NCBI GenBank assembly: GCA_965287045.1
Contig: OZ336881.1
Span: forward strand, 46,314,001 to 46,378,000
Direction of reading: 5' to 3'
Length of the DNA: 64,000 bases
From: Carcharhinus amblyrhynchos
Lineage: Eukaryota
Shown here: positions 38,539 to 49,157 of the stretch, piece after piece
Layout: the number at the start of each line of letters is the position of its first letter
How positions within the stretch are numbered: the first letter of the stretch is position 1
The notes under the pieces: model-generated
Told to the model about the DNA's origin: nothing
Database searches by the model: none
Seen by the model: the letters and a program-made list of their open reading frames with translations, nothing else
Made by a program: the position numbers and the translations under genes

Positions 38539-39791
38539 TTTGTGAATGGAAAATCATGTCTCATGAATTTGATTGAGTTTTTTGAAGGGGTAACCAAGAA
38601 GATAGATGAGGGCAGTGCAGTTGATGTTGTCTACATGGACTTTAGCAAGGCCTTTGACAAGATACCACATGGTAGGTTGTTGCACAAGGTTAAATCTTAT
38701 GGGATCCAGAGTGAGGTAGCCAATTGGACACAAAATTGGCTTGATGACAGAGGACAGAGGGTGGTTGTAGAGATTTTTCAAACTGGAGGTTTGGGACTAG
38801 TAGTGTGTCTCAGGGATTGGTGCTTGGTCCACTGTTATTTTTCATTTTATTAATTTTTATTTTTTATTAATGATTTGAATGAGAATTTAGAAGGCATGGT
38901 TAGTAAGTTTGCAGATGACACCAAGATTGGTGGCATAGTGGACAATGAAGAAGGTTATCTGGGATTGCAAAGTGGCCAGTGGGCTGATGAAAGACAAATG
39001 GAATTTAATTTAAATAAATGCAAGGTGATGCATTTTGGTAGGCCAAACCAGGGCAGGACTTACTCAGTTAATGGTAGGGAGTTGGGGAGAGTTATAGAAC
39101 AAAGGGATCTAGGGTTGCAGTTTCATAGCTCCTTGAAAGTGGAGTCACAGGTGGTCAGGGTAGTGAAGAAGGCATTCAGCATGCTTGGTTTCATTGGTTA
39201 GAACATTGAATAGAGTTGGGGCATCTTGTTGAAGTTGTACAAGACATTGGTAAGGCAACACTTGGAATAATGAATACAGTTCTGATCACCCCATTACTGA
39301 AAGGATATTCTTAAACTAGAAAGAGTGCAAAAAAAGATTTACCAGGATTCCACTGGGACTTGATGGTTTGAGTTATAAGGAGAGGCTGGATAGAATGGGA
39401 CTTTTTCCCTGGAGCACAGGAGGCTTTGTGATGATCATATAGAGGTCTATAAAATAATGAGGGGCATAGCTGAGGTAGATAGTCAATATCTTTTCCCAAA
39501 GGTAGGGGTGTCTAAAACTAGAGGACATAGGTTTAAGTGAGAGGAGAGAGATACAAAAGGGTCCAGAGGAGCAATATTTTCACACAGAGGGTGATGTCTG
39601 TTTGAAATGAGCTGCCAGAGTTAGTAGTAGAAGCGGGTACAATTTTGTCTTTTAAAAAGCATTTAGACAGTTACATAAGTAAGTTGGATATAGAGCAACC
39701 AAATGTGGGCAATAGCTTAGTGGTAAAAACAGGGCAGCGTGTACAAGTTGAGCTGAAGGCCCTGTTTTCATGCTGTAAACTTCTGTGACTC
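38539..39791 (+). mobile_element. CR1/HER1 LINE, 5'-truncated
   Basis: GKSCLMNLIEFFEGVT...DVVYMDFSKAFDKIPHGRL and SKFADDTKIGG; 3' end CTGTAAACTTCTGTGACTC. TAAAT is duplicated at 38534-38538 and 39792-39796. Confidence 0.95.
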
Positions 39792-39989
39792 TAAATGCTG
39801 GCTTAGCCAGTGATAGTACAGACCTTGAAGCACATGTTAAAGCTTTTCATCATGCATTTATCAGGACATTTGCAAGATAACCAAATGTTCTAACTCAGCA
39901 TCAGGCCTGAATGGTGAGCAAATGGTCTGTGCCCTTTTTACAAGCCTGAGAATAAGGCCAATCTTACATGTGGAATGTAGGAATTCAAA

Positions 39990-40080
39990 AATTGTGTCAA
40001 TATTTGTCTGCTTATGCTTCCGTGAAGCACCTTGGTATGTTTTATGACATTAAAGGTGTTGCATGGATGCAAGTTGATGT
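39990..40080 (+). mobile_element. L2 LINE 3' tail
   Basis: CCGTGAAGCACCTTGGTATGTTTTATGACATTAAAGGTGTTGCATGGATGCAAGTTG. Confidence 0.6.
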
Positions 40081-41805
40081 AAAATAAATGATGAATTATC
40101 TTTTCTCCCTTTGTGTCAAACATGATGCAGATTGTTCAATGCCATGTTTCATTAACAGGGGAGTCTGCTCAGTTGACTGTAACCCAAATGTAATCATTGG
40201 ATGCTGAAATGTACCTTGTTCTGAGGTGTAAATTTCATTTCCATTCAATTGAAAGAAGCTATAAGGCATCCTTTCCAGCAGTGTTAGTGTCTGATTTTAT
40301 TCTACATTTTTACTATTATTGAAAAACAAGTTGCGAGGTGTGAATCAGCTGCTGTGAATTGATTTGGGAGATGGATTATATGATGGAACTCTGGAGCTGC
40401 ACTGAAAGAATTGAAGAACTAAAGTGTGATCCACTTTTAAGACTCTGTTTGCTTTCCTAATCCGAGGATGAGATATCGAGAAACAACTCCAAACTGAAGG
40501 ATTGAAATATTCTGAACAATGAAGTGCCTAAAAGAGCTTTTTGACATTTCTTTTTCTGGGGATATACTGTCTTCCATTCACTGTCCATGACAGGTCCAAA
40601 AAAGTCTAACCAGAGCAAATGTGAAATTAATATTCAAGTTGCACCACACTGATTGTTACATCAAGAAGATGTTAACAATTTCATCGCGACACCTTGAAGC
40701 CATTCTTCACTGTGCTTGGTGAAAGTCTCAGTCTAGCTTTGTAAATGGTTTACTGCGCTAATGAGAAATACTAAAGTTTTGCTTTGATTTGCAAAAAGGG
40801 CTCACTTGAGAGCGACCCAGTTGACCGTTAGCTTCTGGTTGATGCTACTTTAGACACAGATGGTAAGTTTGAATTTCCATTATTAAAATAAAATATTTCT
40901 TGGCTTACCATCTGTGCCCTATTATTAGCATGTCCTCATATCAATTAGGAAGTAATGGGCACATGTGTGTCTATGTGTTACCTAGCCCAACTGAGGATAA
41001 TGTGGATGACTGAAGGACAAGACTGAAGGTCAACCCATCAGTTGTCCAGTTTATCCTCTACTCGGTGAGACTGTACACAACCTAGTTCTTTATTGCTGTT
41101 CAGCCACAATTAAAAAGTTTAATATAAACTTAAGGATTTCTTTTAACTTAACTGAAAATACAGTAAAGAGATATGCAACATTGTTGACATTGGAAATTCA
41201 ATTGTGATATCATTAGGCCTCATTCAAGAGGAACTGCTGATCAGAAATTAGAGACAGTGCAGGTTAAAAAGGGTTAATTAATAAATTTAGACTTGATTTA
41301 ATTTAGCAGCACACAGCCTAATTATTGGAACCCAAATTTGTCCCTTTAAACTGATTTAGGTTGACAGAGATATAACAATTAGGTGAAGACTCGATGCTGA
41401 ATTCACAAATAATACCAAACGTTATTGAATATAAGCAAAATTAGACAACAATATAGTTGTCAATCAATCAAAGACTCATTAGTCAACCAAAGACTAATTA
41501 ATCAATTTTCTCAATGAATTAAAATTTAGCAACTAATAAGAGGAAACAAAGGTGAAGTGTCCTCATCAACAAAACCTTGCAGATTTCATGTCTTCCAATG
41601 GATGGCCAAACAGAAAGAGCAGAAAACATTGTCAACCTTTCATGCCAACAAGTATTTGCATCTGTCTCCAAAAAAAATTGCACTTTCCTGGGATCCACCC
41701 TGATCCACCTGATGAAGAATGGTGCACCAAAAGCTTGTGTTACCAAATAAACTTGTTGGACTTTAACCTGGTGTTGTGAGATGACTTACTATAATGCAAC
41801 TGGTA

Positions 41806-42041
41806 GGGCAGAATTCTCCTATCTGGAGAAAATGGGTGGGATTTTCCTGCCCTTCATTCTGGCGGGATTTTCCAGTTCTGCCAATGGCACACCCCACTAT
41901 GGGTTTCCCAGTGGCAGGGGGTAAATTCAATGGGACATCCCACCGACAATAGCAGTATCAGAAGATCTCACCACCAGCCAATGGTGAACTGTCTCCTGCT
42001 GCCGAGAAATAAACCATTGGAGGCACCAGTGAATTGTACCC
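41806..42041. mobile_element. Harbinger-like MITE
   Basis: GGGCAGAATTCTCC...GAATTGTACCC ends; homologous to 9826-10022. Confidence 0.65.
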
Positions 42042-42055
42042 TAAGTTCCATGGCA

Positions 42056-42737
42056 GGGTTGGAATTTGCATTGTTTTCCACTATGGAGGCTGGCAGGAAA
42101 CCATGCCATATCTTTCAGCCCCAACCCCATTAATTATGCACCCAGGAATTTTGCGCTATATTCTGTGGCAGAACAGGCCTGATGACATGTAGTCCTCTGC
42201 ACTATCCATATTAAAAAGCACCCAATATCACTGACCCACCATTGAAGAAAGCAGATAGATATCCTGAGAAAGATGATGGATCCCAAGGAACACTCTGAGA
42301 CCGGAGGATGGACCTACTCCAGGACACCGAATCTGGAAGATCCATGTCTAGATTGTCTCCCCACCATTGCTATGGTGTTCTGGGATCCATAGCTGCTAGA
42401 TTTCATCCCGAATTCCAGAGGCAGCACCAAGCATTGTTCAGGTCAGTCCTCACATCTGCATACCACATTTTCTAGTTATGTTTTTCACTGGCGTGTTTTC
42501 CCATGATGTCGTAGAGATTTGGGCGTGAGGAAAATTCCAGCGGAGGCTTCATCGACATCCCATTAGTGGGATGCGGAACAGATTCATGGGCTTCCAGTGG
42601 GTTTCAGAATTCACCATGGTTGGCACTAATGGAAGATCCTGCAGGAAATTCACATCAGCATAAAACTGATGTTTTGGCCTCCTGCCAAATTATCCCCACC
42701 CACATTTGAACTTATCAGTGGGGGACTGGAGGAATTT
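42056..42737. mobile_element. long Harbinger-like non-autonomous element(s)
   Basis: GGGTTGGAATTTGC left end; GGACTGGAGGAATTT right end; GC-rich interior. Confidence 0.45.
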
Positions 42738-44870
42738 GCACTTATTAATTATTTGATTTTGAATTCCTTACTCTACGATTATGAATTAATTGAGGTGCTT
42801 CCTTCTAATATGATCATCTGTTGCTGGTTGGTAACTACTTCACATACTATGACAGGTGAGCTGATTGTCAAAGGTTAGCAACATCAGCATGGCTTATTTT
42901 CTGATCACGTTAGTACAAAATGGTGACTTGATCTCAGTTTGTTGCAGAATAAGTGTTTGTTAAAAAACCAACAATAAAATGCTTAAGTTAAGCAAGCATA
43001 CTAAATGCTATTAGACTAAAATCTAAGCCGATCTCCAATCATATTTTAGCAATTAAATGAACGGGGTATGAACATCTTAACTGGGCAAAGATGCAGCATA
43101 TTTTCCTGACAACAAACAATTGCATCTCTACATCATAACAAATAATTACAGCAGCTGATTATTCCAGTGAGATTTAGAACTGATTCATTAATATTATTTC
43201 TATCTACAAGTCACTCTTCAATTTTAACAATCCTTACACCCTAGGACGCCAAACAATTTTACTTCATCTGATGAAATATGTTGTATTGTTTTCTCTTTGA
43301 TATGCGTGGTACCCAACCGCACCTATCTCTGTAAATCAGGCCTGGCTCATTTACATCTTGGTTGTGAGGCCTTTAAAAGTGAGAGTATTTGCATGCAGAA
43401 GCTGTGTTTATCTCTTTTTGATGTCACTTAGGAACATGAAAGGGCTGGTGGTAATTATGTGTGTGACTAGATAGTAGCAAAAAGGTGTAATTAATATTAT
43501 TGCAATATTGTTAACATTCAAATGTACTAATATTCTCTGAAAATATTTTAATTTTTTTAACATTAATTCAGATTTAACTCAAAGAATTTAAATTGTTTCA
43601 CTATTAAGCAATGATTTAGCGATAAGCATTTTAATTCGTAGTTGTCATATTGAAAACTATTTACATGGTTCAGCAATTACTGCCAGAAAGTATATGTATT
43701 CACAGCCATCAAACCATAACTATCTGCATTATTTAGTAATTACTACTTGCATTTATATGCATCTTGCTTGGAGTTTCTGTGCAATATTGTGCTTGCATGC
43801 TGTTACATACACAGAAATAGATAAATTGCTCCTCATGGTGAGTCAGGAACTTTGTACAGAGGCATGATACCAAGTTGCATTACCAAGGACATTGTGTTAT
43901 TAGCAATAGAGTGAAGAACATTTAGAAGGGAGCTTATGGAGTGGTAATACATTGTTGGGGTTTGCAAACTCTGAGGGCATATCAGTTTTTGAGAGCACAG
44001 CAAGAGGGGTTCAGGACGCACTGGAGAGGGACAATTTGAAAGTATGGAGTAATACCCTGCGCTAACTGTGAAGAGGATTTTGAGACAATTGGGAAGTTCT
44101 CTGGACTAATGGGGTACTGGATAATGTGATGTAGAGTCTATAACACTGATATCAATTCCTGTTATCTGTTGTAGTTAGATATTTGAGTAAGAGATGCTGG
44201 GTGGGGTCTAACAGGATGGGGATGGAGGTTTCTGAACAGTGACCGGAGATGCAGTGGGAAGTTGTAGTCATACTGGGGAGTTGCTGGGATATAAATCTAT
44301 TAAAAATAACAGGGTCTAACAGTTTTAGTGAGAAGTGAGCTGAGGAAATTGGGTCCCAAACTGCATTTGATGTCATCCTTTGAGTCCTGATAACTACATT
44401 ACTCTCCTTAGCATGTTATATTCTTAACATCTAGTGTCAAAACTTCCATGCAGCGAGTTGCATCAGATTAACAATAATGCCTCAGGTGTTCTGCCCCTTT
44501 TTACCGAATCTGACAAATTTACCTTAGTCAACTAATTTACATACCCTAAAGGGCATCTCCAGAGAGGAACTTATTGAAATTAGAGCAAATCCTATTCTAA
44601 ATATTGTAGCTATGATCTGAGAAGCAACAGATACATTAGAGAGTGTTTGGATCACTGGGTTCACTGTCAGGTGGCTGGATTGTGTTACTCATCTGTCTTT
44701 TTGTTCCAGTTTGCAAGAATGTACACTCATAACAAGTCAGAAACAAGGGTGAATGCTGAACAGAAATCTCTTCTAAAGCGCATTGCTAGCTGCAGTAATT
44801 GCTACTGAAGCAATCATCAGGCTCAAAAATTCTTTCCTTTCTCCATTCTCAGCTGATGCCAACAATAGTT

Positions 44871-45166
44871 GGCGGCACAGTGGTTAGCACTGCTGTCTTA
44901 CAGCATCAGGGACTCAGGTTCGATTCCCAGCTTGGGTCATTGTCTGTGTGGAGTCTGCGTGCTTTCCCTGTGTCTGCATGGGTTTCCTCTGGGTCCTCGG
45001 TTTCCTCCCGCAGTCCAAAAGACACGCTTGTAAGGTGCATTAGCCATGCTAAGTTCTCCCTCAGTGTATCTGAACAGGCACTGGAATTTGGCGACTGGGG
45101 GATTTTCACAGTAACTATGTTGCAGTATTAGCATAAGCCTACTTGTAACACTAATAAAGAAATAAA
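44871..45166 (+). mobile_element. HE1-like V-SINE, tail type B
   Basis: GGCGGCACAGTGGTTAGCACTGCTG...GGTTCGATTCCC head; tail GGCGACTGGGGGATTTTCACAGTAACTATGTTGCAGTATTAGCATAAGCCTACTTGTAACACTAATAAA. Confidence 0.9.
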
Positions 45167-45504
45167 TGGTTGTATCTTTATTTCTTGCTAAGTCTACCTC
45201 ATGCACTAAGAGTATAAAACCAGCAAATGTGGGGCTGCAGTGTCACTGATCATTGTCATATACTTAAATGAGCAATGAACAGCTCACCAGGTGAAATACT
45301 GGAAAGCACAAATTACTTTAGGGCTTTAAGGGTGGAAACTGATTGAAACTGCTTCTACCCTAGTCTGCCAACTCATCAAATAAGTTGTCATAATAATTGA
45401 GGCAGAAATGCTGAAAATTGAGTGGAATTTTGGGGCCAGTGTATTGAAAATTAAAATAAATGACTATTGATCAATAGTTTTGCATTCCAAGAAAATCAAT
45501 TGAA

Positions 45505-45915
45505 TATGTTGGCTGTCTTCATGGTAGCAGTCTCGCCTCTGAAAGTTATTAGTTCCAGACCACTCCAAGATTTGAGACCATAAAAAGGCAGACACTCCAG
45601 TGCTGCCTTAAGGAAGTGATATATTATCTGGAGTGCTGTGTTTTTCAGATGAAATGTTGAAATCAAACCGGTTCAGGCAGATAAAAATGTTTCCTTGGCA
45701 CAATTTGAAGAAAAGCAAGAAGATTTTGCAGTGTTCTCGCCAATGCTATTTCATCACCAACTACTGCCAAAAATGGTCATTAATTTCATTTGCAGGTCGA
45801 AGGATTTCTCTGTGTAAAAATTGGCTGTGAGGTTAACCGATAAAGCAGCAGTGATTACACTTAAAAATAGATGGCTGGAGGATGAGATAATGCATAATAT
45901 AAATTATTTCTTTCT
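45505..45915 (+). mobile_element. decayed DeuSINE (SacSINE1-like)
   Basis: TGGTAGCAGTCTCGCCTCTGA head, TTTCAGATGAAATGTTGAA, TGGCACAATTTGAAGAAAAGCAAG, AAATTGGCTG. Confidence 0.7.
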
Positions 45916-45984
45916 ATATCCTGCATTTTTTATGCCTTAATTTATTTTGACAGGAGCACTGCTAAATAACAATAACAAGTGATG

Positions 45985-46545
45985 GAGTTGAATGCCCTCT
46001 CCTGAGGCGAGTTTGGTGGCGGGAAGTAGCTAATTGGTTGGGTGGTTGCCACGGTATCATTTGGACACCTTCCCGTCTCTGACCTAATTTAGTCTGGAGC
46101 AGGAAGGCTTGTGGATGACACTCCAACCCTGTCACCAGTTGAGGTCTTTAAGTAAACAATTATTACTTCTGGGCTTCAACCGCAGCCACTCGTATTCATC
46201 CAGAGTTGGACAAGCATGTCCATTTTGTTTGACACCCCTGACCTGACCGAGCCACCCTATTCCCATCCCACTCTCTCTCACCTGTCAGTTTGGTCACTCA
46301 CTAATCCTGGGCCTCTCGTGTGCATTGGTGGCAGCTACCGCCACTGCTCCAACAGTGTTGATGGCTACCTCTGATTGGCTGTCATCTTCAGGGGGTGGTA
46401 TTTCCATCCCTGGGATCCTTGATCTCAGAGAAGGCCATTTAATTGCCAGGCGCTGAATGCAGCTCGCCTTCCTCAGTGGAGGAACACAGGGCTCTCACCA
46501 GCCTCCAGCCAAAGATCGAGACCCCTGTCACCTGGATTAAATTCC
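45985..46545. mobile_element. long Harbinger-like non-autonomous element
   Basis: GC-rich, with CTCTGATTGGCTG and TTAAGT motifs shared with 14494 and 51308; degenerate inverted ends. Confidence 0.5.
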
Positions 46546-47089
46546 TTGCAGCATGCATGTTAAGGAGCTACCACCCAGATGAAGCATGGAATTAATTTAG
46601 TTCGGCAAAGTTACTGGGTAACTATCAAATCCATTGTTTTCTTAGAACAAAATGATCTTCGATGTATATAAACTATTACAAAATACCCATGCGGAACAGA
46701 CTTTCAAATGAATTAAACCACATTAAACAATTAAAAATCAATGGACTGCATGAAGAAAACTCACCTTCAGAATTAATTTTAAATCCAAAATGATAAGGTA
46801 AAATTCCCCACTCTTAATGACAGGTCCAAACAGATCTTGTGTTCACAGCATGAAGAATCAATGAAGGTCAGGGGTTGGTGAAATTGGTGTTTTGTGATAG
46901 GCAACAGTGAATAGCTTGTTTTAAACCCAACCTGCCATTATTAAGTCAAAGATAAAAGGAGCTGTTGACTTTACTAATAGTTTTGCGCAACCACCAAAGA
47001 TCCATTCACCCCCAAAAATTTCATTGCAATTGACATATTGATAAGATAACATGAATGATAGTTGGTTTGAAAATTATACTATACGTCAC

Positions 47090-49157
47090 ATAACAGGCTT
47101 ATCACAAAGTTGAAGCCCACGGTATAAAAGCACAGTGACAGCATGACTATGAAGATGGCTGGGTATGGACAGGAAACAAAGGGCAGGAATTTCTGGCAGG
47201 ACCAACCATGGGGGATGTGGCAGGTCAGCCTAAAGTCCATTGATTTTCAGCAAGACTCGTAGATCTCAGTGGCATACAGGGCCTGGAAATATCGGCCAAA
47301 GAATAGTGGTGAATTTCTTTTTTCAGGCTGCATAAATGTATACTTTGAGACTCCCCAGGGCTCGGTATCAGGGCCAATTTTTCCTGATTTATATTCATGA
47401 CCTTGGCTCAGTGTGAGGATAAAGTTCAGAACTTGTAGAGGGCACCAAACTTTTGAGTAGTGTGAGCTTGTGAGAAGGATAGCAACATACTTCAATAAGA
47501 CAGAGACTGATGGAATGAGCAGACAGGCATCAGATGAAATTTAAAGTTGAAAAGTATGAAGTGATACATTTTGACAGGAAGAATGAAGAGAGACAAATCA
47601 AAATAAAGGATAACATTCTAAAGGGGATGGAGGAGCAAAGGGCTTGGGGGTTTATTGACAAGGGTTGTTGGAGGTGATAGGGTAGATTAAGAAAATGTTT
47701 ATTAAGACATATGAAATCCCAGACTTTATAAATAGAGGCAAAGGGTCAGATTTGCATCTTAGAGGTGGGCAGTTTGAGTTGGAAATTGTCCTGGCTCAAT
47801 ATACCATTCCTGTACCTCGAACACAGGACCAACTGAGATTCAGACAAAGCATTCAAACCATCGTACAACAGTCTCCTTTGTTGTACCTTACCAAGTTACC
47901 ACAAAAATATCACTCTACTGTGAAGGGTATCAAAAACTCTATTAGACAAATTCTCAAAAGTTCATTGCATACAAAGTATCCAAACTCTGTCTCATTTCCT
48001 TCCAGCCAAAGTATAAAACTCTGTTTTACTTTGTTATACACAAAACACCTAGACCCTGTTCTACAAAACACATCAAAACTTTTGGCATGGACCTAAATAC
48101 CACCTGTTAAAAGGTCAGGTAACCAGTCTCCCTCTTGGTGGATTCTGATGTCCCGTCCGAGCCCAAACCCAGGGCACTATTTCTTACAATGGCTTTTCCT
48201 GCCGGTTGTTGCTCCAGATATGCCTTTGTCTCTCAGAACATCCCAAGCTTCTCCAATCTATTAATGTAACTGAAGTTCCTCATTCCTGGAGTTATACTCA
48301 TTCATCTTTTTGCAATCTCTCTGAAGAGTTCGCATCTTCCAAATGTGCAGTGCCCAGAATACTCCAATTGAGGTTAAACTCTGTTTTATAAGCATTCACC
48401 ATATCTTCCTTGGCCTTGTACCCTATGGGTCAGATTTTCACAGAGTCAGCGAGACTCTTCAGATCTTCAAAAAAGGCACACAGAACCAGATTCCACGATT
48501 CCCACCCCTATTCCCAGCATCTCCAATTTTGGGCGAGTGCAATGGGGCAGCAAGCCCAAATACATTCCCAATCCGATTGGCTCCATTGTGGGGGTAGCAT
48601 CTCCTAACCACCCATAATTTCCTTGTCATTATGTCAGCTTCTTGTGGTCTCGGGGTCATCTAGACGTGAAACATTGGCTGTATTCTCCCCCCACAGATGC
48701 TATCAGGCCTGCTGAGAGTTTCCAGCATTTTCTGTTTGTTTCAGATTCCAGCATCTGCAGTATGTTGCTTTTCTCCTTCGAGAAGAGATGGTTGAGAGAT
48801 TTGATAGTGGTGTTCAAATTCATAAGGGGTCTGGTCGAAGCAGTGAGGAAGAAACTGTTCACATTGGCGGAAGTTGTACAGAACAAGAGTACACTGATTT
48901 AAGGTTAATGGTAAAGAAAGGAAGATAACAAGATGAAAATCTTTACACAGTGAGAAGTTAGGACCTGGATACGTACTGCCTAAGAGTGCGGTGGAGGCAG
49001 ATTCAATCATGGCTTTTAAAAGGGACAGTTACCTGAAGAGAATAAAATTGCATGGCCAGAAGCAGGCAAAGACTGGGAAGGGGTCTAGCTGAGACCAGAG
49101 AGGGCATTTTGGCTGAGTGATCTCCTGTGCTGCAGCTATTCTGAAATTCCATGATTA
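47090..49157 (+). mobile_element. old CR1 LINE split by insertions and an internal inversion
   Basis: RT-like plus-strand segment 47090-47740 (TPQGSVSGP, QMKFKVEKYEVIHF). The next part lies on the minus strand at 48235-48426. The plus strand resumes at 48771 and ends in a CR1 tail at ~49155. Confidence 0.8.
48652..48772 (+). mobile_element. Penelope-like terminal fragment
   Basis: GGGTCATCTAGACGTGAAACATTGGC...CACAGATGCTATCAGGCCTGCTGAGAGTTTCCAGCATTTTCTG...CAGCATCTGCAGTATGTTGCTTT. Confidence 0.65.

Noticed and set aside
41590-41740. DGQTER motif suggestive of a Gypsy integrase
   Set aside because: A six-residue match without the surrounding integrase core; neighbouring residues fit a decayed LINE linker equally well.
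44871-44945. tRNA-like A/B boxes at SINE starts as tRNA genes
   Set aside because: They continue directly into the V-SINE core and are SINE heads, not tRNA genes.
47695-48096. 133-aa ORF
   Set aside because: It spans the junction of CR1, MITE and an unclassified insert, so it is a chimeric chance ORF.
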